Positions 30,554 to 30,697 of a stretch of 30,697 nt of DNA are shown in pieces. Below the pieces are notes generated by a model that made no database searches, was not told the origin of the DNA, and was given only the letters and a program-made list of their open reading frames with translations. The position numbers were made by a program, and so were the translations under genes. Position 1 is the stretch's first letter; the number at the start of each line of letters is the position of its first letter. Where the stretch lies: positions 1 to 30,697 of the forward strand of contig JACRJY010000101.1 of NCBI GenBank assembly GCA_016235585.1, written 5' to 3'. This DNA is from Verrucomicrobiota bacterium (GTDB lineage: Bacteria; Verrucomicrobiota; Verrucomicrobiia; Limisphaerales; JACRJY01).

Positions 30554-30697
30554 ATGAAACGAAACACCCTCACCCTCACCATCGGCGGGCTGCTGCTGGT
30601 TTTGTTCGGCCTGCTGCTCTTCATGTTCCAGGTGCGCCAGACCGAGGTCGCGCTCGTCACCACGTTTGGCAAGCCGTCGCGCCACAGCGAGGAGCCG
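30554..30697 (+). CDS. Second SPFH/HflC-like protein, N-terminal 48 codons (continues beyond window end)
   Basis: MKRNTLTLTIGGLLLVLFGLLLFMFQVRQTEVALVTTFGKPSRHSEEP: single N-terminal TM, then the characteristic SPFH start (V.E.E.A+V..FGKP). ATG at 30554. Not in the ORF track because it is open at the window edge. Confidence 0.6.
   Translation, partial: MKRNTLTLTIGGLLLVLFGLLLFMFQVRQTEVALVTTFGKPSRHSEEP

Noticed and set aside
30249-30557. Small ORFs in the spacer between the SPFH genes (102 aa and 68 aa), one starting with an ATGA overlap on the upstream stop
   Set aside because: Arg/Ala/Pro-rich composition and coincidence with strong inverted repeats suggest non-coding structured RNA or DNA rather than protein.

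Overview
High-GC (about 65%) bacterial chromosomal window of 30,697 bp. The first roughly 12.6 kb are gene-dense and mostly housekeeping or regulatory. On the minus strand: the N-terminal part of a DUF1736/TMTC-like membrane protein running off the window start; a NarL-type response regulator and a CHASE3/HisKA_3 sensor kinase; a GpgS-like (GT81) glycosyltransferase fused to a HAD-IB phosphatase; smpB; rpoZ. Then a divergently transcribed exported protein, and an ECF sigma / anti-sigma / LTXXQ periplasmic protein triad. On the plus strand: a small membrane protein with two ABC2_membrane_6-like permeases and no ATPase. Then a CCA-adding enzyme and a PUR-alpha-like DUF3276 protein. The centre of the window (12989..27226) is one 14.2-kb gene for a 4,745-aa Sec-signal-bearing giant repeat protein. 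It carries about 30 cadherin-like/Big-type repeats ending in (V/I)ND(A/E/V)P(T/S) linkers, two Asp-box (BNR) beta-propellers, two further propeller-like inserts of a different type, extensive internal segmental and tandem duplication, and a distinctive C-terminal tail. It is followed by a strong intrinsic terminator. Downstream lies a translationally coupled ABC-2 permease (no ATPase), an unusual 7-TM + SPFH (HflK/C-like) fusion protein, and the start of a second SPFH protein. No rRNA, tRNA, CRISPR array, transposase or integrase was recognised. Most of the long minus-strand ORFs in the six-frame track are antisense artefacts of GC-rich repetitive coding sequence. All family calls come from motif recognition by eye; nothing was searched against a database.
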